A stretch of DNA of 64,000 nt, from the IMG/VR virus record IMGVR_UViG_3300042541_002760; one strand, given 5' to 3'. This document shows, one piece after another, positions 10,014 to 20,244 of this stretch. The position numbers and the translations under genes are program-made. This stretch comes from a virus. The notes beneath the pieces were generated by a model. It saw only the letters and a program-made list of their open reading frames with translations. It searched no databases and was not told where the DNA came from. The stretch's first letter is position 1. Each line of letters opens with the position of its first letter.

Positions 10014-11056
10014 TCGCAGTTATCAACGATACACATTTTGGCGCAAGAAACGATAGCCCAATTTTCCTAGAGCATTTTCTAGAATTTTGGGAAACTACCT
10101 TTTTCCCAACACTTGAAGACAGAGGGATCAAGCGAATTATTCATTTGGGTGACTTTCTTGATCGAAGAAAGTACATCAATTTCCACACACTCAATCAAGT
10201 TCGTACTCGGTTCCTAGAGCCACTATCAAAAATGGGAATTGAAATGGATATTACTCTTGGGAACCATGATGCGTTCTTCAAGAACACCAACCGATTGAAT
10301 TCTATTGTTGAGTTGTTTGCAGGATATTCGAATATTCGTATTCATGAATCTCCTACGATTCTTGATCTTGGCGAAATGAAGGTGGGTATTGTCCCATGGA
10401 TCACCAAAGAAAACGCCCAAGCATGCCTTGATTTTATTCAATCAGCAACAGTTCGTGTTCTCATGGGGCATTTTGAAATCAATGGATATGAAGTTCTACG
10501 GGGAGTAGAGTTTCATGACGGGATGGATCCCAATATTCTCAGTGGATATGAAGCAGTCTACAGTGGACATTTTCATTGCAGACACAGCAAGGGATCGAAT
10601 ATTCATTATCTTGGTACACAGTATCAGATGACATTTGCAGATTTAGGGGAGCGTAAGGGATTCCATATACTTCATCCTAGAACAGGAGAAATGGAATTTG
10701 TCGAAAATCCATGTCAGATATTCCATCAGATTGAATATGACGATGCGAACCAAGACTATACCCTACTTAACTGCAAGAAATTCAAAAACACCTATGTCAA
10801 ACTCTTGGTCAAGAACAAAACTCGACCCATCATGTTTGATTCGTTAGTTGACCGACTCAATGATGCTCCTGTTCATTCGGTTACGGTTACCGATCAGTCG
10901 GAAAAAGACACGAATACAAAATCTTTTACGGTGGACATGTCCAAGGACACACTGACCCTGATTTGTGATGAAATCGATACCATGGAGAGTGTGGTTGATC
11001 CTGTTCGGTTAAAAACTCTTGTTCGTGAGATATACAGCGAGTCTTTGCAGGGCTAA
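10010..11056 (+). CDS. gp47: Recombination nuclease subunit gp47 (Mre11/SbcD-like)
   Basis: DTHFG, HLGD, GNHD, GHFE, SGHFH phosphoesterase motifs. Confidence 0.96.
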   Translation: MIAVINDTHFGARNDSPIFLEHFLEFWETTFFPTLEDRGIKRIIHLGDFLDRRKYINFHTLNQVRTRFLEPLSKMGIEMDITLGNHDAFFKNTNRLNSIVELFAGYSNIRIHESPTILDLGEMKVGIVPWITKENAQACLDFIQSATVRVLMGHFEINGYEVLRGVEFHDGMDPNILSGYEAVYSGHFHCRHSKGSNIHYLGTQYQMTFADLGERKGFHILHPRTGEMEFVENPCQIFHQIEYDDANQDYTLLNCKKFKNTYVKLLVKNKTRPIMFDSLVDRLNDAPVHSVTVTDQSEKDTNTKSFTVDMSKDTLTLICDEIDTMESVVDPVRLKTLVREIYSESLQG

Positions 11057-11065
11057 ATATGGTTA

Positions 11066-11284
11066 ATGGCTAAACCATATCATGTTCTCATATCGGATAT
11101 ACAGGAGTGGAGTACTGCTCCCGCAAGAAGCGGGACGGGATATGTCGTTGACATAATGTCTCGAACAGGCAAAGCAAGTACTGCCAAAAAGCCTTCTATA
11201 CGCCAACTAAAAAATAACTCACCCTCTCGCGTTGAAATTGGGAAACTAAAGAATGCAAACTGGGGTGCAGGGGGAATCACATGA
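11066..11284 (+). CDS. Small basic late protein (72 aa)
   Basis: CTAAATA at 11053-11059; ATGA overlap with the next gene. Confidence 0.6.
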   Translation: MAKPYHVLISDIQEWSTAPARSGTGYVVDIMSRTGKASTAKKPSIRQLKNNSPSRVEIGKLKNANWGAGGIT

Positions 11285-13722
11285 TCTTTGGTAACAACGG
11301 AAGCATATCGGTTATTGCAGCAAAAAATATGGTGGGTTATGATATTTTCTTGACTTCAGACTTCACCAAAGAGTTTACAAATGGTGAATCAGTTTCTTTT
11401 TACTATCCACCCGAACATCCCAATGCAAATCAAAAGTATCAATTCGGTCTTGTCAATGGAAGTAAAACCACCACTCCATGCACCATGTCATCAGAAGATA
11501 CAAGGACTATAAATTCTGAGGATCGAGAACTCAAATTACTGAGAGACTTTATATATCCATACCAGACTTCTCTTTTTTTGGGAATGAATCAGAATACATC
11601 ATCGATTCTTCCTCTGAGTGATGATGGAATGTCGGGTGGGAGTGGTTATGATGGTTTCTTGCTCAAGGGATCGGTCATATATGGAGAATCGAGCGGAGCA
11701 AAGCGTTACTATGCAGGGCCGTTTAAAGGATACAGTAAGGAAATTGAGTCGGTATGTCAGGGCACTACTGCAATGAATATCATGGATGGCAGCGATTGCT
11801 TGGGTTGGCTCAAGGGTTCTGTATATGAGAATGGATATGACTCAAAATACCATGACTTGTTTTCATATCCTGATGAGCCAAAACAAAAAGTAGATCACAG
11901 GTTTCCATATAATCGATTTTTCATGCAAAATACCCCATTTGCAGATTTAAACTACTCATGGCTAAATGTTCCGAATCGCAAGAACAGACCGATTCCCTAC
12001 AATATGCTCGGCACAAGCAATAAGGGAACATATGCTGCACTCATCACGCGAAAGCATGCATTAGTTTTAAACAGTAGAGATGTTGCTCCTGAAAATCTAG
12101 TATTCTACTCTCTATCCCAAGGTCTTACTTCTGTTGCAGTATCCTCCTCTGTCAATACATTTAAGGAAATGTGGGATGCAATTGGGTTTGTGAATGAAAA
12201 TTCAAATGCAACAACACTAGAAAATTTCAATGCTCTTTCTGCCTACTTTAATAATATTAAAATACTAACACTATCATCCGAATTACCTTCTGATGTAACC
12301 CCTATATCTCTGTATGACAATTACGGAAGTGATAAGGTATTATATTCTATGGTATTCGATCAAGAAGGTCGTGGACATCATTCGGCATTTTGCCCACCAC
12401 TGACCAAAGATTCGATATCGGGTACATCAGACATTCGACTTGATACAAACAACACATGTAATGTGATATCCGAATCCATGGCATTTCCAACGGCACTTTC
12501 AAATACCACTACCGCAAAGATAATGAGTGGAGATATTGGAAGTCCCGTAATCACATACAGTGACTCTGTGCCTGTCCTTATGGGATTTTTGTCATCCTAT
12601 GATAATGTAGATGATGCGGTAATTGGAACAACAACAGGATTGGAAATAGGATCCACTAAACTGTATACCTTTCCATGGGGATATTCATATAGCCCAATAA
12701 GCATATTGAATCTCTATTTGGGATTGGGCGGATGTCAGGCAAATTCACATCAAATTCACGAACGGACAATAGACCAATATCCATATCCCAATGGACAAAA
12801 TTCAATTGTTAATTCCGATTTTAATTCTCTTATTACAACATTTAGATCTCTTTTTGGTGCACGAGATATAGATATAACCGATTATGGAGAAGAAGTAGAC
12901 GGGCGAGTGAGAGATGCCGTGCGGGAGATGGAGTGTTTTGGCAAGTACTGGATGGCCATGGTGGAATGTAATATAAAAATGTTGGGTGCAAAAGGATGTG
13001 AATGTGATAGATATAGCCAAGAACGCACTGCATGTAGTGCGATTCAGTTGTATTTTTGTGCTGATAAACTGTGTGATATGATGAGACGAGTATATAGAGA
13101 TATTATACGGATGCCTTTGGATCTTGAGTGTCCTAGTGTATGGGACAAGGACGCATGGGAGACATACAAGAAGATGGGACAATTTGTAATGTTCACGGCG
13201 ACCGCACTTGGTCTTAACAATATAACTCTATGTGAGTATTATCGTCTAGTGAAAGGGGGTGGATTGGACTATTGTAATAATAATACTCCTTCTATTGGTT
13301 GTAATGGAGAAGCGACTACTCCCATTTTACCCCCATCACAAGCATGTGACGCATTCATGGAAGCAAATTGCCCACCACCAGGGCCGCAAGTATTTCATGA
13401 CGATTTTTATAGTCGGCTTATGGGGTGTTACTTGGGTCGATATGTTTCGTCTGGCGGCGAACAGACTGAGGAATGGCACCGCACGACACTTGCAGAGTGT
13501 GCGAGGATAAATTGCCCAGGTGGAGGTTTAAATGGAACAGACCCAGGATGCCCTAATATATCATGCGATGAACTTGTGCTTGCCATAACCACTGGGCAAC
13601 TTCCTAAAAGATGTGTTGGCAAACACCCTATCACCAATAATAAACTTCCACTTGTAGGCCCATATGACGATCAAGGGCCGATATCACCAGTGCCCGAGAA
13701 TTGTGAAATACCTGAACCTTAA
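11281..13722 (+). CDS. 813-aa protein: degenerate trypsin-like domain plus Cys-rich C-terminal region
   Basis: ALITRKHALVLNS, NNIKILTLSSELPSDVTPISL and SGDIGSP match trypsin motifs with the triad replaced; many Cys in the C-terminal third. Confidence 0.6.
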   Translation: MIFGNNGSISVIAAKNMVGYDIFLTSDFTKEFTNGESVSFYYPPEHPNANQKYQFGLVNGSKTTTPCTMSSEDTRTINSEDRELKLLRDFIYPYQTSLFLGMNQNTSSILPLSDDGMSGGSGYDGFLLKGSVIYGESSGAKRYYAGPFKGYSKEIESVCQGTTAMNIMDGSDCLGWLKGSVYENGYDSKYHDLFSYPDEPKQKVDHRFPYNRFFMQNTPFADLNYSWLNVPNRKNRPIPYNMLGTSNKGTYAALITRKHALVLNSRDVAPENLVFYSLSQGLTSVAVSSSVNTFKEMWDAIGFVNENSNATTLENFNALSAYFNNIKILTLSSELPSDVTPISLYDNYGSDKVLYSMVFDQEGRGHHSAFCPPLTKDSISGTSDIRLDTNNTCNVISESMAFPTALSNTTTAKIMSGDIGSPVITYSDSVPVLMGFLSSYDNVDDAVIGTTTGLEIGSTKLYTFPWGYSYSPISILNLYLGLGGCQANSHQIHERTIDQYPYPNGQNSIVNSDFNSLITTFRSLFGARDIDITDYGEEVDGRVRDAVREMECFGKYWMAMVECNIKMLGAKGCECDRYSQERTACSAIQLYFCADKLCDMMRRVYRDIIRMPLDLECPSVWDKDAWETYKKMGQFVMFTATALGLNNITLCEYYRLVKGGGLDYCNNNTPSIGCNGEATTPILPPSQACDAFMEANCPPPGPQVFHDDFYSRLMGCYLGRYVSSGGEQTEEWHRTTLAECARINCPGGGLNGTDPGCPNISCDELVLAITTGQLPKRCVGKHPITNNKLPLVGPYDDQGPISPVPENCEIPEP

Positions 13723-13762
13723 CTAACCATGCTAAATACCTGATCACTAGGAGATATACAAT

Positions 13763-14080
13763 ATGAGCGAAATTCTACTATTCAGATTAAATTCGGGCGA
13801 AGAAATCATTTCAAAGGTAATTGATACCACATCTGATTCTTTTACATTGAAGTCACCCGCCATTCTTTTGCCACTCGGTAATGGTCGATTGGGTCTTGGC
13901 CCATGGTTACCATACTGCTATACCGAAAGTTTGGTGTTGCCATCAAAGGCAATTGCATTCGTTGCTAATCCAAAGACTGAATTGGCAAATGAATACAGCA
14001 GCAGTTTTGGATCGGGTCTTGTTGTTCCTGATCGGGAAATTCAAGAGTCTGCACCATCGCTCAGACTTATCACCGAATAA
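13763..14080 (+). CDS. Conserved T4-like Sm-like small protein
   Basis: FRLNSGEEII, LGPWLPY, Y...FGSGLVVP; CTAAATA at 13732 and AGGAG RBS. Confidence 0.75.
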   Translation: MSEILLFRLNSGEEIISKVIDTTSDSFTLKSPAILLPLGNGRLGLGPWLPYCYTESLVLPSKAIAFVANPKTELANEYSSSFGSGLVVPDREIQESAPSLRLITE

Positions 14081-14082
14081 TC

Positions 14083-15780
14083 TTACGATATTCGGCTGAA
14101 ATTTCCGCGCTTGACAAACTGTATGCATCTGTCAAATTTGTCCTGAAGCACTTCCTTCGGCTTATGGCTAATCACAAAGGTATTTGTACCTGTCTTTGTG
14201 CTTGCCATAATGTCGAGGAAGGCATCAGTTGCCTGATCATCTAGACTTCCATCGAGGATTTCATCTAGTATGAGAAGATTGGTTGTGATTGAATTCTTTG
14301 TTGAAGCAATCGCTCTCCATGCAAAAAGCAAAGCAAGATCAATCTTCTTCTTCTCACCCTCGCTGAATGATGCATAGGTGAATATGTCTCGGTGTCTTGA
14401 TTTGATGGTTTCGTTGAACTCTTCGTCTAAGTTGAAGTTGACAAAGAAATTCATCTGTGTCAGATACTTGTTGATTGTATCGTTGATGATGGGGATATAG
14501 TTTTTGATGATTCGGCTTTTGATTCCCGAATCCTTAAGAAGTGTTCCTGCAAGGGAAAGATAGTGCTGCTCTTCAATCAGATCACGCTTTTCCTCTGCTG
14601 CTTCTTCTTGTAATGACATTGCATCCGAGAGTTCTTTTTCAACATCAACTGTCTTGACTGTTTTCTTGGTAGTCAGTGTCTTGATGTGTTTCTCAGTAGA
14701 TTCAATTTCGTTTGTCTTTTTGACAATGTTTGTATTGTGTTGCTGAACCAATACCATGACCTTGCCAATTTCTTCAATTCGCTCTTGTGAGGTTAGGATC
14801 TCATTTGCAATATCTTCAATTGCTTTTTCCATATCTGTTGATTTTGCATTTCCTCGTGCAATAGCAGATGTTTTGAATTGCTCATCAATTTTTTGTGTGC
14901 ATGTTGGACAGTGATCGTTTGTTTCATAAAATCCAATTTCTTTTCGAAGAGTTGTCATCTTCTTTTGAATTTGTGATTTGATGTTTGTGTATTTTTCGAA
15001 ATTTTCTTTGATAGAATTGCTATCGGTTACGGTGTCCATGTGTGACTGAACAGCCGCCAACGAATTCTTAATGTCCGTTTTTGCATCAAGTATTGTTTTG
15101 TTGGCAGCAGCGACCTGCTCTGCTTCCCATTCAGAATCAACTTCGTTCCTTCGCTTTTCTTCTTCAGACATTCGAACAAGCACATTCACTCGTTCTTTTT
15201 TAATCGCAAGAGCAGTTTCTGAATGTTGCAGTTCTTCTTTGTTGTTGCTTATGCGTTCTTTGAGGTGTGTGTTCATGGAAGAGAAAACACCAATATCTAG
15301 AATGCTTTCGACAACAGATCTTCGTTCCGCAGCGGTTAGTCGCATGAACGGTATGTAATTTGCAGAACCAAGAATGACTACCTGACAGAACGATTTATAG
15401 TTCATGCCAAGAACCAATTCCTCAAGCATCTTCTGACCGTCTCTTGATTTTGAATCCTGATCCAACAATTTTCCATCTTTGTGGATTTCAAATACCTTGG
15501 GTGCTAACCCACGAATGATCTTGTACTCTGCTTTGCCATCAGAGAAGTCTACCTCTACCCTACAGTCTTTTTCGTTTACCGAGGATACTAGTTGTGGTAG
15601 GTTTATATTTCGATAAGGCTTATTAAATAGGACAAAGGTAAGAGCATCTAAAAGAGTACTCTTACCTGCCCCATTTTCACCCAATACAAGGGTGGTTTCT
15701 GTTTTGTCAAATTGCATTTCCGTGAAGGTGTTTCCCGTGCTGAGAAAGTTCTTCCAACGGATATTTTTAAACTTGATCAT
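14083..15780 (-). CDS. gp46: Recombination ATPase subunit gp46 (Rad50/SbcC-like)
   Basis: WKNFLSTGN, GENGAGKST, CPTC zinc hook, FSEGEK, LILDE. Confidence 0.97.
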   Translation of the reverse strand: MIKFKNIRWKNFLSTGNTFTEMQFDKTETTLVLGENGAGKSTLLDALTFVLFNKPYRNINLPQLVSSVNEKDCRVEVDFSDGKAEYKIIRGLAPKVFEIHKDGKLLDQDSKSRDGQKMLEELVLGMNYKSFCQVVILGSANYIPFMRLTAAERRSVVESILDIGVFSSMNTHLKERISNNKEELQHSETALAIKKERVNVLVRMSEEEKRRNEVDSEWEAEQVAAANKTILDAKTDIKNSLAAVQSHMDTVTDSNSIKENFEKYTNIKSQIQKKMTTLRKEIGFYETNDHCPTCTQKIDEQFKTSAIARGNAKSTDMEKAIEDIANEILTSQERIEEIGKVMVLVQQHNTNIVKKTNEIESTEKHIKTLTTKKTVKTVDVEKELSDAMSLQEEAAEEKRDLIEEQHYLSLAGTLLKDSGIKSRIIKNYIPIINDTINKYLTQMNFFVNFNLDEEFNETIKSRHRDIFTYASFSEGEKKKIDLALLFAWRAIASTKNSITTNLLILDEILDGSLDDQATDAFLDIMASTKTGTNTFVISHKPKEVLQDKFDRCIQFVKRGNFSRIS

Positions 15781-15812
15781 TGTGCCGTATTCACTCCATG
15801 GTATATCACAGA

Positions 15813-15841
15813 ATTATACCTCACAATCTATAGTATGTCAA
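15813..15841 (-). promoter_or_regulatory. Consensus sigma70 promoter for gp46
   Basis: Perfect TTGACA-17 nt-TATAAT. Confidence 0.85.
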
Positions 15842-15842
15842 G

Positions 15843-15956
15843 TTATTTATTCCACGGCATCTTAGTAGATAGCCACTTCCATGCTGGTACGCCTACGAGG
15901 GCACCTGCAATAAACATCAATACACTCCACCACATTGTTCCTAGAATATGTTCCAT
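15843..15956 (-). CDS. 37-aa single-pass membrane peptide (not in ORF track)
   Basis: MEHILGTMWWSVLMFIAGALVGVPAWKWLSTKMPWNK*; AAGGAG RBS; CTAAATA at 15977-15983. Confidence 0.75.
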   Translation of the reverse strand: MEHILGTMWWSVLMFIAGALVGVPAWKWLSTKMPWNK

Positions 15957-15979
15957 TAGTATCTCCTTTCTACATGTAT

Positions 15980-17218
15980 TTAGGGTGTGAAATAATGATT
16001 GGGATAGTACTGTGATTCATCTTTTTTGTAATGTGTTCGAATTGCAGGAACAGCAACAATTGGATTTCGTGTTGTAGTTTCTGATTGTTTTTTAATTTTT
16101 CCCAATGTCGAACTAATCGATTGCAGATAGTACAAATACCAATCGGTATGTGCTGAGTCTCTACTGTATCTACTCAATATGAATCGATTGGTCTTATCTG
16201 CTCTTTGATAATTTTGCAGTGTCAAATTAACAGATGGTATTTCGCTATAGGTTTCTACAATATATGGATACAGACTGCTTTTGAATGGTGATGAGATTGA
16301 TGGATCATTAAAGTTGATAATACCATTGGGGTCGGGGCCGCAGAAGCAAAGATCGGGACCACCACCGCCACTCCCCGTGGTAAATCCATAATGAGTTACA
16401 GAATAGTCAGAAGATGAAAGAAGTACTTCATTGATTAAAGTAATTTCAGCCTCATTTATTTGTTCACCACCATGCCGCAATCCAACAAGTAATGTATCCC
16501 CTTGAGGAGTTAAAACAAAGGTGGGGCTTCCACTATCTCCTACCCATACGATAGGATCCATAGTTACTGATGGGTTACTGATCAAAGAAGGGCCTTCATT
16601 TAATCCTGCTGTACTTGAGATTGGAGATGAACTGTATGACCTAACACCCCCAGATGTGTCATAACCTGCCATACCCATTGACCTCTTGTATGTCCTGCTT
16701 TGACAATCATGAACCCACATATCACGACCTTTAGGAATATCCGACACATCAGCAATAACATCGTATATACGAACATCATTGATAGGAAAATCACTTTCAA
16801 ATTCCAATATAGAGTGATCTATCTGTTGAGAAAAATGAGTGACATTTACAACTTGGCGAGAATGGCGAATGCCAGACTTACCTAAGAATGTGTAGAATTC
16901 ATTCTTTCGTGGAAATGTCCCACGATAGTGCTGACATATAATTGCATGTTTGGGGGAGATAAGAACTGCACATGGATTTGTTGTATTCCAAAAGTTGATA
17001 CTGTTAATGTCAAACTCAATGTTATAGTATTGTGATGGATCAAACACCTGAGCAAATCCACGAGGACGAAGGGAAACTCCTGAAAAATCAACTGCCGCCC
17101 CTTGACAAAAGGGGTTAAATCCTATCTGCTCACCATAAACAAGCGGATCCCGTGTTGCTTCGGGAGAGTAGGTATGAATATCATGCTTACGGAGATTGTA
17201 TGTTTTTAAGATTGCCAT
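15980..17218 (-). CDS. Trypsin-like serine protease (intact triad) with C-terminal extension
   Basis: VLISPKHAIICQH97, ID134HSILEF, GDS229GSP. Confidence 0.8.
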   Translation of the reverse strand: MAILKTYNLRKHDIHTYSPEATRDPLVYGEQIGFNPFCQGAAVDFSGVSLRPRGFAQVFDPSQYYNIEFDINSINFWNTTNPCAVLISPKHAIICQHYRGTFPRKNEFYTFLGKSGIRHSRQVVNVTHFSQQIDHSILEFESDFPINDVRIYDVIADVSDIPKGRDMWVHDCQSRTYKRSMGMAGYDTSGGVRSYSSSPISSTAGLNEGPSLISNPSVTMDPIVWVGDSGSPTFVLTPQGDTLLVGLRHGGEQINEAEITLINEVLLSSSDYSVTHYGFTTGSGGGGPDLCFCGPDPNGIINFNDPSISSPFKSSLYPYIVETYSEIPSVNLTLQNYQRADKTNRFILSRYSRDSAHTDWYLYYLQSISSTLGKIKKQSETTTRNPIVAVPAIRTHYKKDESQYYPNHYFTP

Positions 17219-17224
17219 AGTTTT

Positions 17225-18964
17225 TTAGGGGTTTGGTGTGAAGGTGCAATTAAATCCATCCCATTCCGCTATGCCACATGCTTCTGAAGATTGACAACAG
17301 GCAGGAGGAACAGGATTACAATTGTCTTGGGTAGGTACGCAAATACCATCAACACATGTTGAGCAAATAGGACAAGCAACTGGTGGCGGCCCCGCACACA
17401 AATCAGGTGGTGGACATTTACAATCAATTCCTCCACTACTATCCTCTCCCCATGACTGTCCACCAAAAGTAGGAATACCTTCCGAGAATTGAGTCTCTAG
17501 TTGAACTGCTGAGAATGTTTTGGGGGCTGTTGGATTTTTTGCCGAACGCATCCATCCATTTGCTCCCGCAGCACTCTGTGATTTTTGTGTGTCATATCTT
17601 GAGACATTTACAGACTCTCGAATTTCATTCAAGTATCCCATGGTTTCATTTGAGCAGAATCTAAGAAGTTCCCTCTTTACATTTGTGTCTGTGTATCCAC
17701 CGACAGGGAAATATCCATCGGAATATGCACCACCATATAGCATGTTAGAAAACATATTACGAGATCGAGTCTGTAACGAATACAGTGAATTGTTTTCACT
17801 TACATTACCTGTGCATGCTGCTTCAATCATCGAAGGGACTCCATCGCGATAGACGAATCCATCTGCTCCTCCCAATACGGCAGCATCAATCATGTCAAGT
17901 CTAAAAGTAATTAGGGGATAATAAGAATTTGCTGCATTACCCGATATTCCAATATATGATGTCCCACCAATATCCAAATAAAAACCGTCTTGGGCTGTTC
18001 TTCTCAGATATGATTCTCTGTATACTCCACCATAATCATCATATTGTGTCATTGCCCTTGATGGATATGTGCTCGATATGAGGGGATATGTTACTGCAAG
18101 TTTTGACCTTCCATATTGCGAAGCCATATCAACAAGTTTTTCGTTTCTCTTGTAGTTTGCGACAGGACTGTATCCATAAGAATAGAATGGCAATGAGGTT
18201 GCCTGTGGAATTCGAATATCGGGACACATCCAACCAATATTGCAGTTGTCTAGTACTTGTCGTTGCGGGCCATTGTTAACAACTGTTTGATAGAAGGCAG
18301 ACAGTTCGCTTGGAATATTCTCCCATGTATACAGCAGACTGCTTTCTGCTGAACCTCCTGTTGGGTGTTGTGCATCCCACCATGTGGCATTGCCTGTGGT
18401 GCCATTTGTAAGCGATTTGTCCCACAGAGGTGCATTTCCCGAGAGTGGAGCATAGACAGTCTCGAACGGGAGATGAGGAAGTCCTGCGATTGCCCACTTG
18501 ATATTTGGATATCGTGTTGATAACTGTCCAAACAGAGTTGTTACGCCATTGATGTATTTTTGGCAGTTATTGGACAATGCAATCGATGCCGTAGATCCTC
18601 TTGCAGGCCCAATAATACCGTCTCCAATGATTTGAACCCAATCCGATGAACCTTGAAGATCGATAATACCCAATCCCGATGTGCTGTTGTTGACGGGGAA
18701 CTTTGACTGTATGTACCCCGTAACCGCCGCAGATGCCCCGAGAGCGTTCGAGAAGTAAGTAAGCCCTGCGTCTGAGACAAAGCATGCAACGAGGTTCCCT
18801 GTGCCTCCTATGTCGTTTGAAAGAGAGTTGAATAGGGCATCTACATGCTGCCCATATATCCCATAATCATTTTGTGGGAGCGAATAGGTCACTCCTGCCG
18901 AAAACACCTTGCTTGTGGCAAAGGAGTAGGCATGGTTGTAGATTTGATAATAACTGTTTGGCAT
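17225..18964 (-). CDS. GH56/hyaluronidase-like TIM-barrel protein (probably inactive) with Cys/Pro-rich tail
   Basis: GLGIIDLQ, RYPNIKWAIAGLP, WMCPDI and AAVLGGADGFVY resemble GH56 motifs in order; CTAAATA at 18976-18982. Confidence 0.45.
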   Translation of the reverse strand: MPNSYYQIYNHAYSFATSKVFSAGVTYSLPQNDYGIYGQHVDALFNSLSNDIGGTGNLVACFVSDAGLTYFSNALGASAAVTGYIQSKFPVNNSTSGLGIIDLQGSSDWVQIIGDGIIGPARGSTASIALSNNCQKYINGVTTLFGQLSTRYPNIKWAIAGLPHLPFETVYAPLSGNAPLWDKSLTNGTTGNATWWDAQHPTGGSAESSLLYTWENIPSELSAFYQTVVNNGPQRQVLDNCNIGWMCPDIRIPQATSLPFYSYGYSPVANYKRNEKLVDMASQYGRSKLAVTYPLISSTYPSRAMTQYDDYGGVYRESYLRRTAQDGFYLDIGGTSYIGISGNAANSYYPLITFRLDMIDAAVLGGADGFVYRDGVPSMIEAACTGNVSENNSLYSLQTRSRNMFSNMLYGGAYSDGYFPVGGYTDTNVKRELLRFCSNETMGYLNEIRESVNVSRYDTQKSQSAAGANGWMRSAKNPTAPKTFSAVQLETQFSEGIPTFGGQSWGEDSSGGIDCKCPPPDLCAGPPPVACPICSTCVDGICVPTQDNCNPVPPACCQSSEACGIAEWDGFNCTFTPNP

Positions 18965-18998
18965 AGGGTTCTCTCTATTTAGCCCTTATCCAAAATCA

Positions 18999-19454
18999 TT
19001 ATTTCTTTGCAGCATTCTTGACCAACTGCTGCCCAAATACAATAACCTTATCTACCGATTTCCCAATACATTCGTTCGAGTAGATCATCTCTGAAATCTC
19101 TCGTTCTTTGGTATGGTCATGCTTGAAACGCATTATTTCTTTTTTCGATACAGGCGTTTCGTCATGCTTGAATGTAATGTTATTGAGACCGACTAGGTCA
19201 TCAAGATCATCCACCTCTTCGATATCTTTGTTTACGAATTCGTCATAGTCCAAAATTGGCAGGGTAAAGGCAGATGCCATTGCCGACCAACATTCCAAAA
19301 TTTCGGTGGCATTTTCCCCAAAAGGCTCAATTGGGCGTTCGGTAATGCCATTTGGCTCACCGAGTTGATTGTAATAGGTTTCGTGAATCCCGTAGGTAAC
19401 ATAGTCGTTAACCCCGACTTTTTGGACTCTCTTGACAAGGCGGTAATCCCACAT
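18999..19454 (-). CDS. Conserved phage hypothetical protein
   Basis: MWDYRLVKR...YGIHETYYN..GEP; AGGAGG RBS. Confidence 0.75.
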   Translation of the reverse strand: MWDYRLVKRVQKVGVNDYVTYGIHETYYNQLGEPNGITERPIEPFGENATEILECWSAMASAFTLPILDYDEFVNKDIEEVDDLDDLVGLNNITFKHDETPVSKKEIMRFKHDHTKEREISEMIYSNECIGKSVDKVIVFGQQLVKNAAKK

Positions 19455-19643
19455 AGCGCACCTCCTGTTGTCATCGATGGTTGCAAGGATGCATCACGGA
19501 AACAGATCAATGACGCAGGTATTTATCAAATATCGCATACAAGAACTCAAACAGTTGTCTCCTTTTTGGTAAAACCCAATGACTCTGTAACCCATACCAT
19601 AAAGAAAATATTATAAATATAACTGACTGAGGAGGATCCACTT

Positions 19644-20240
19644 ATGGATGGTAGAAATCGTCAGTTCGTAAAACATGTGCGTGATCATTTAGCACAGTAC
19701 GGCATGAAACTCATCATCGGAAAAGGCAAGTGTGTCAATGTCGATGGATTTCGTTGCTCAGGATGTTTTGATGAATCGGGTAAGGCAATTCGCATAGCGC
19801 GACATTGTAAATTTCTACCTGTATTAGTTCACGAGTATTGTCATTTTCTACAATACATCAACAACAGCAAAGTCTATGAGAAATCATACAAAGCCTCGAC
19901 CATCGTTGACGGCTGGCTAAAAGGTAAAAACTATGCCCCCAAAGAAGTGAAGAGGGCATTTTTTATTGTTCGAGCAATGGAAAGAGATTGTGAGAAACGA
20001 GCAGTTCGTTTAATTGAACTGTTTCAATTGAACATCGACAAAGAGATGTATGCAAAACGCGCTCATGTGTATATCTACAGCCACTTCATGATGGAGAAAT
20101 CCCGCAAGTTCTATTCATTCAAGCGGAATCCGTATTACTGTCAAAGCGTTTTACGCATCATGCCTTCGACTATGGCAGTCCTAAGCCATGTGTCAATTCC
20201 AACGAAGGTATATTCGGTTCTGTATTCTCTGATGAAATAG
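19644..20240 (+). CDS. HExxH zinc metallopeptidase-like protein
   Basis: VLVHEYCHFLQY with downstream MERDCE; TATAAATA at 19612-19619, GAGGAGG RBS. Confidence 0.65.
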   Translation: MDGRNRQFVKHVRDHLAQYGMKLIIGKGKCVNVDGFRCSGCFDESGKAIRIARHCKFLPVLVHEYCHFLQYINNSKVYEKSYKASTIVDGWLKGKNYAPKEVKRAFFIVRAMERDCEKRAVRLIELFQLNIDKEMYAKRAHVYIYSHFMMEKSRKFYSFKRNPYYCQSVLRIMPSTMAVLSHVSIPTKVYSVLYSLMK

Positions 20241-20244
20241 AATA

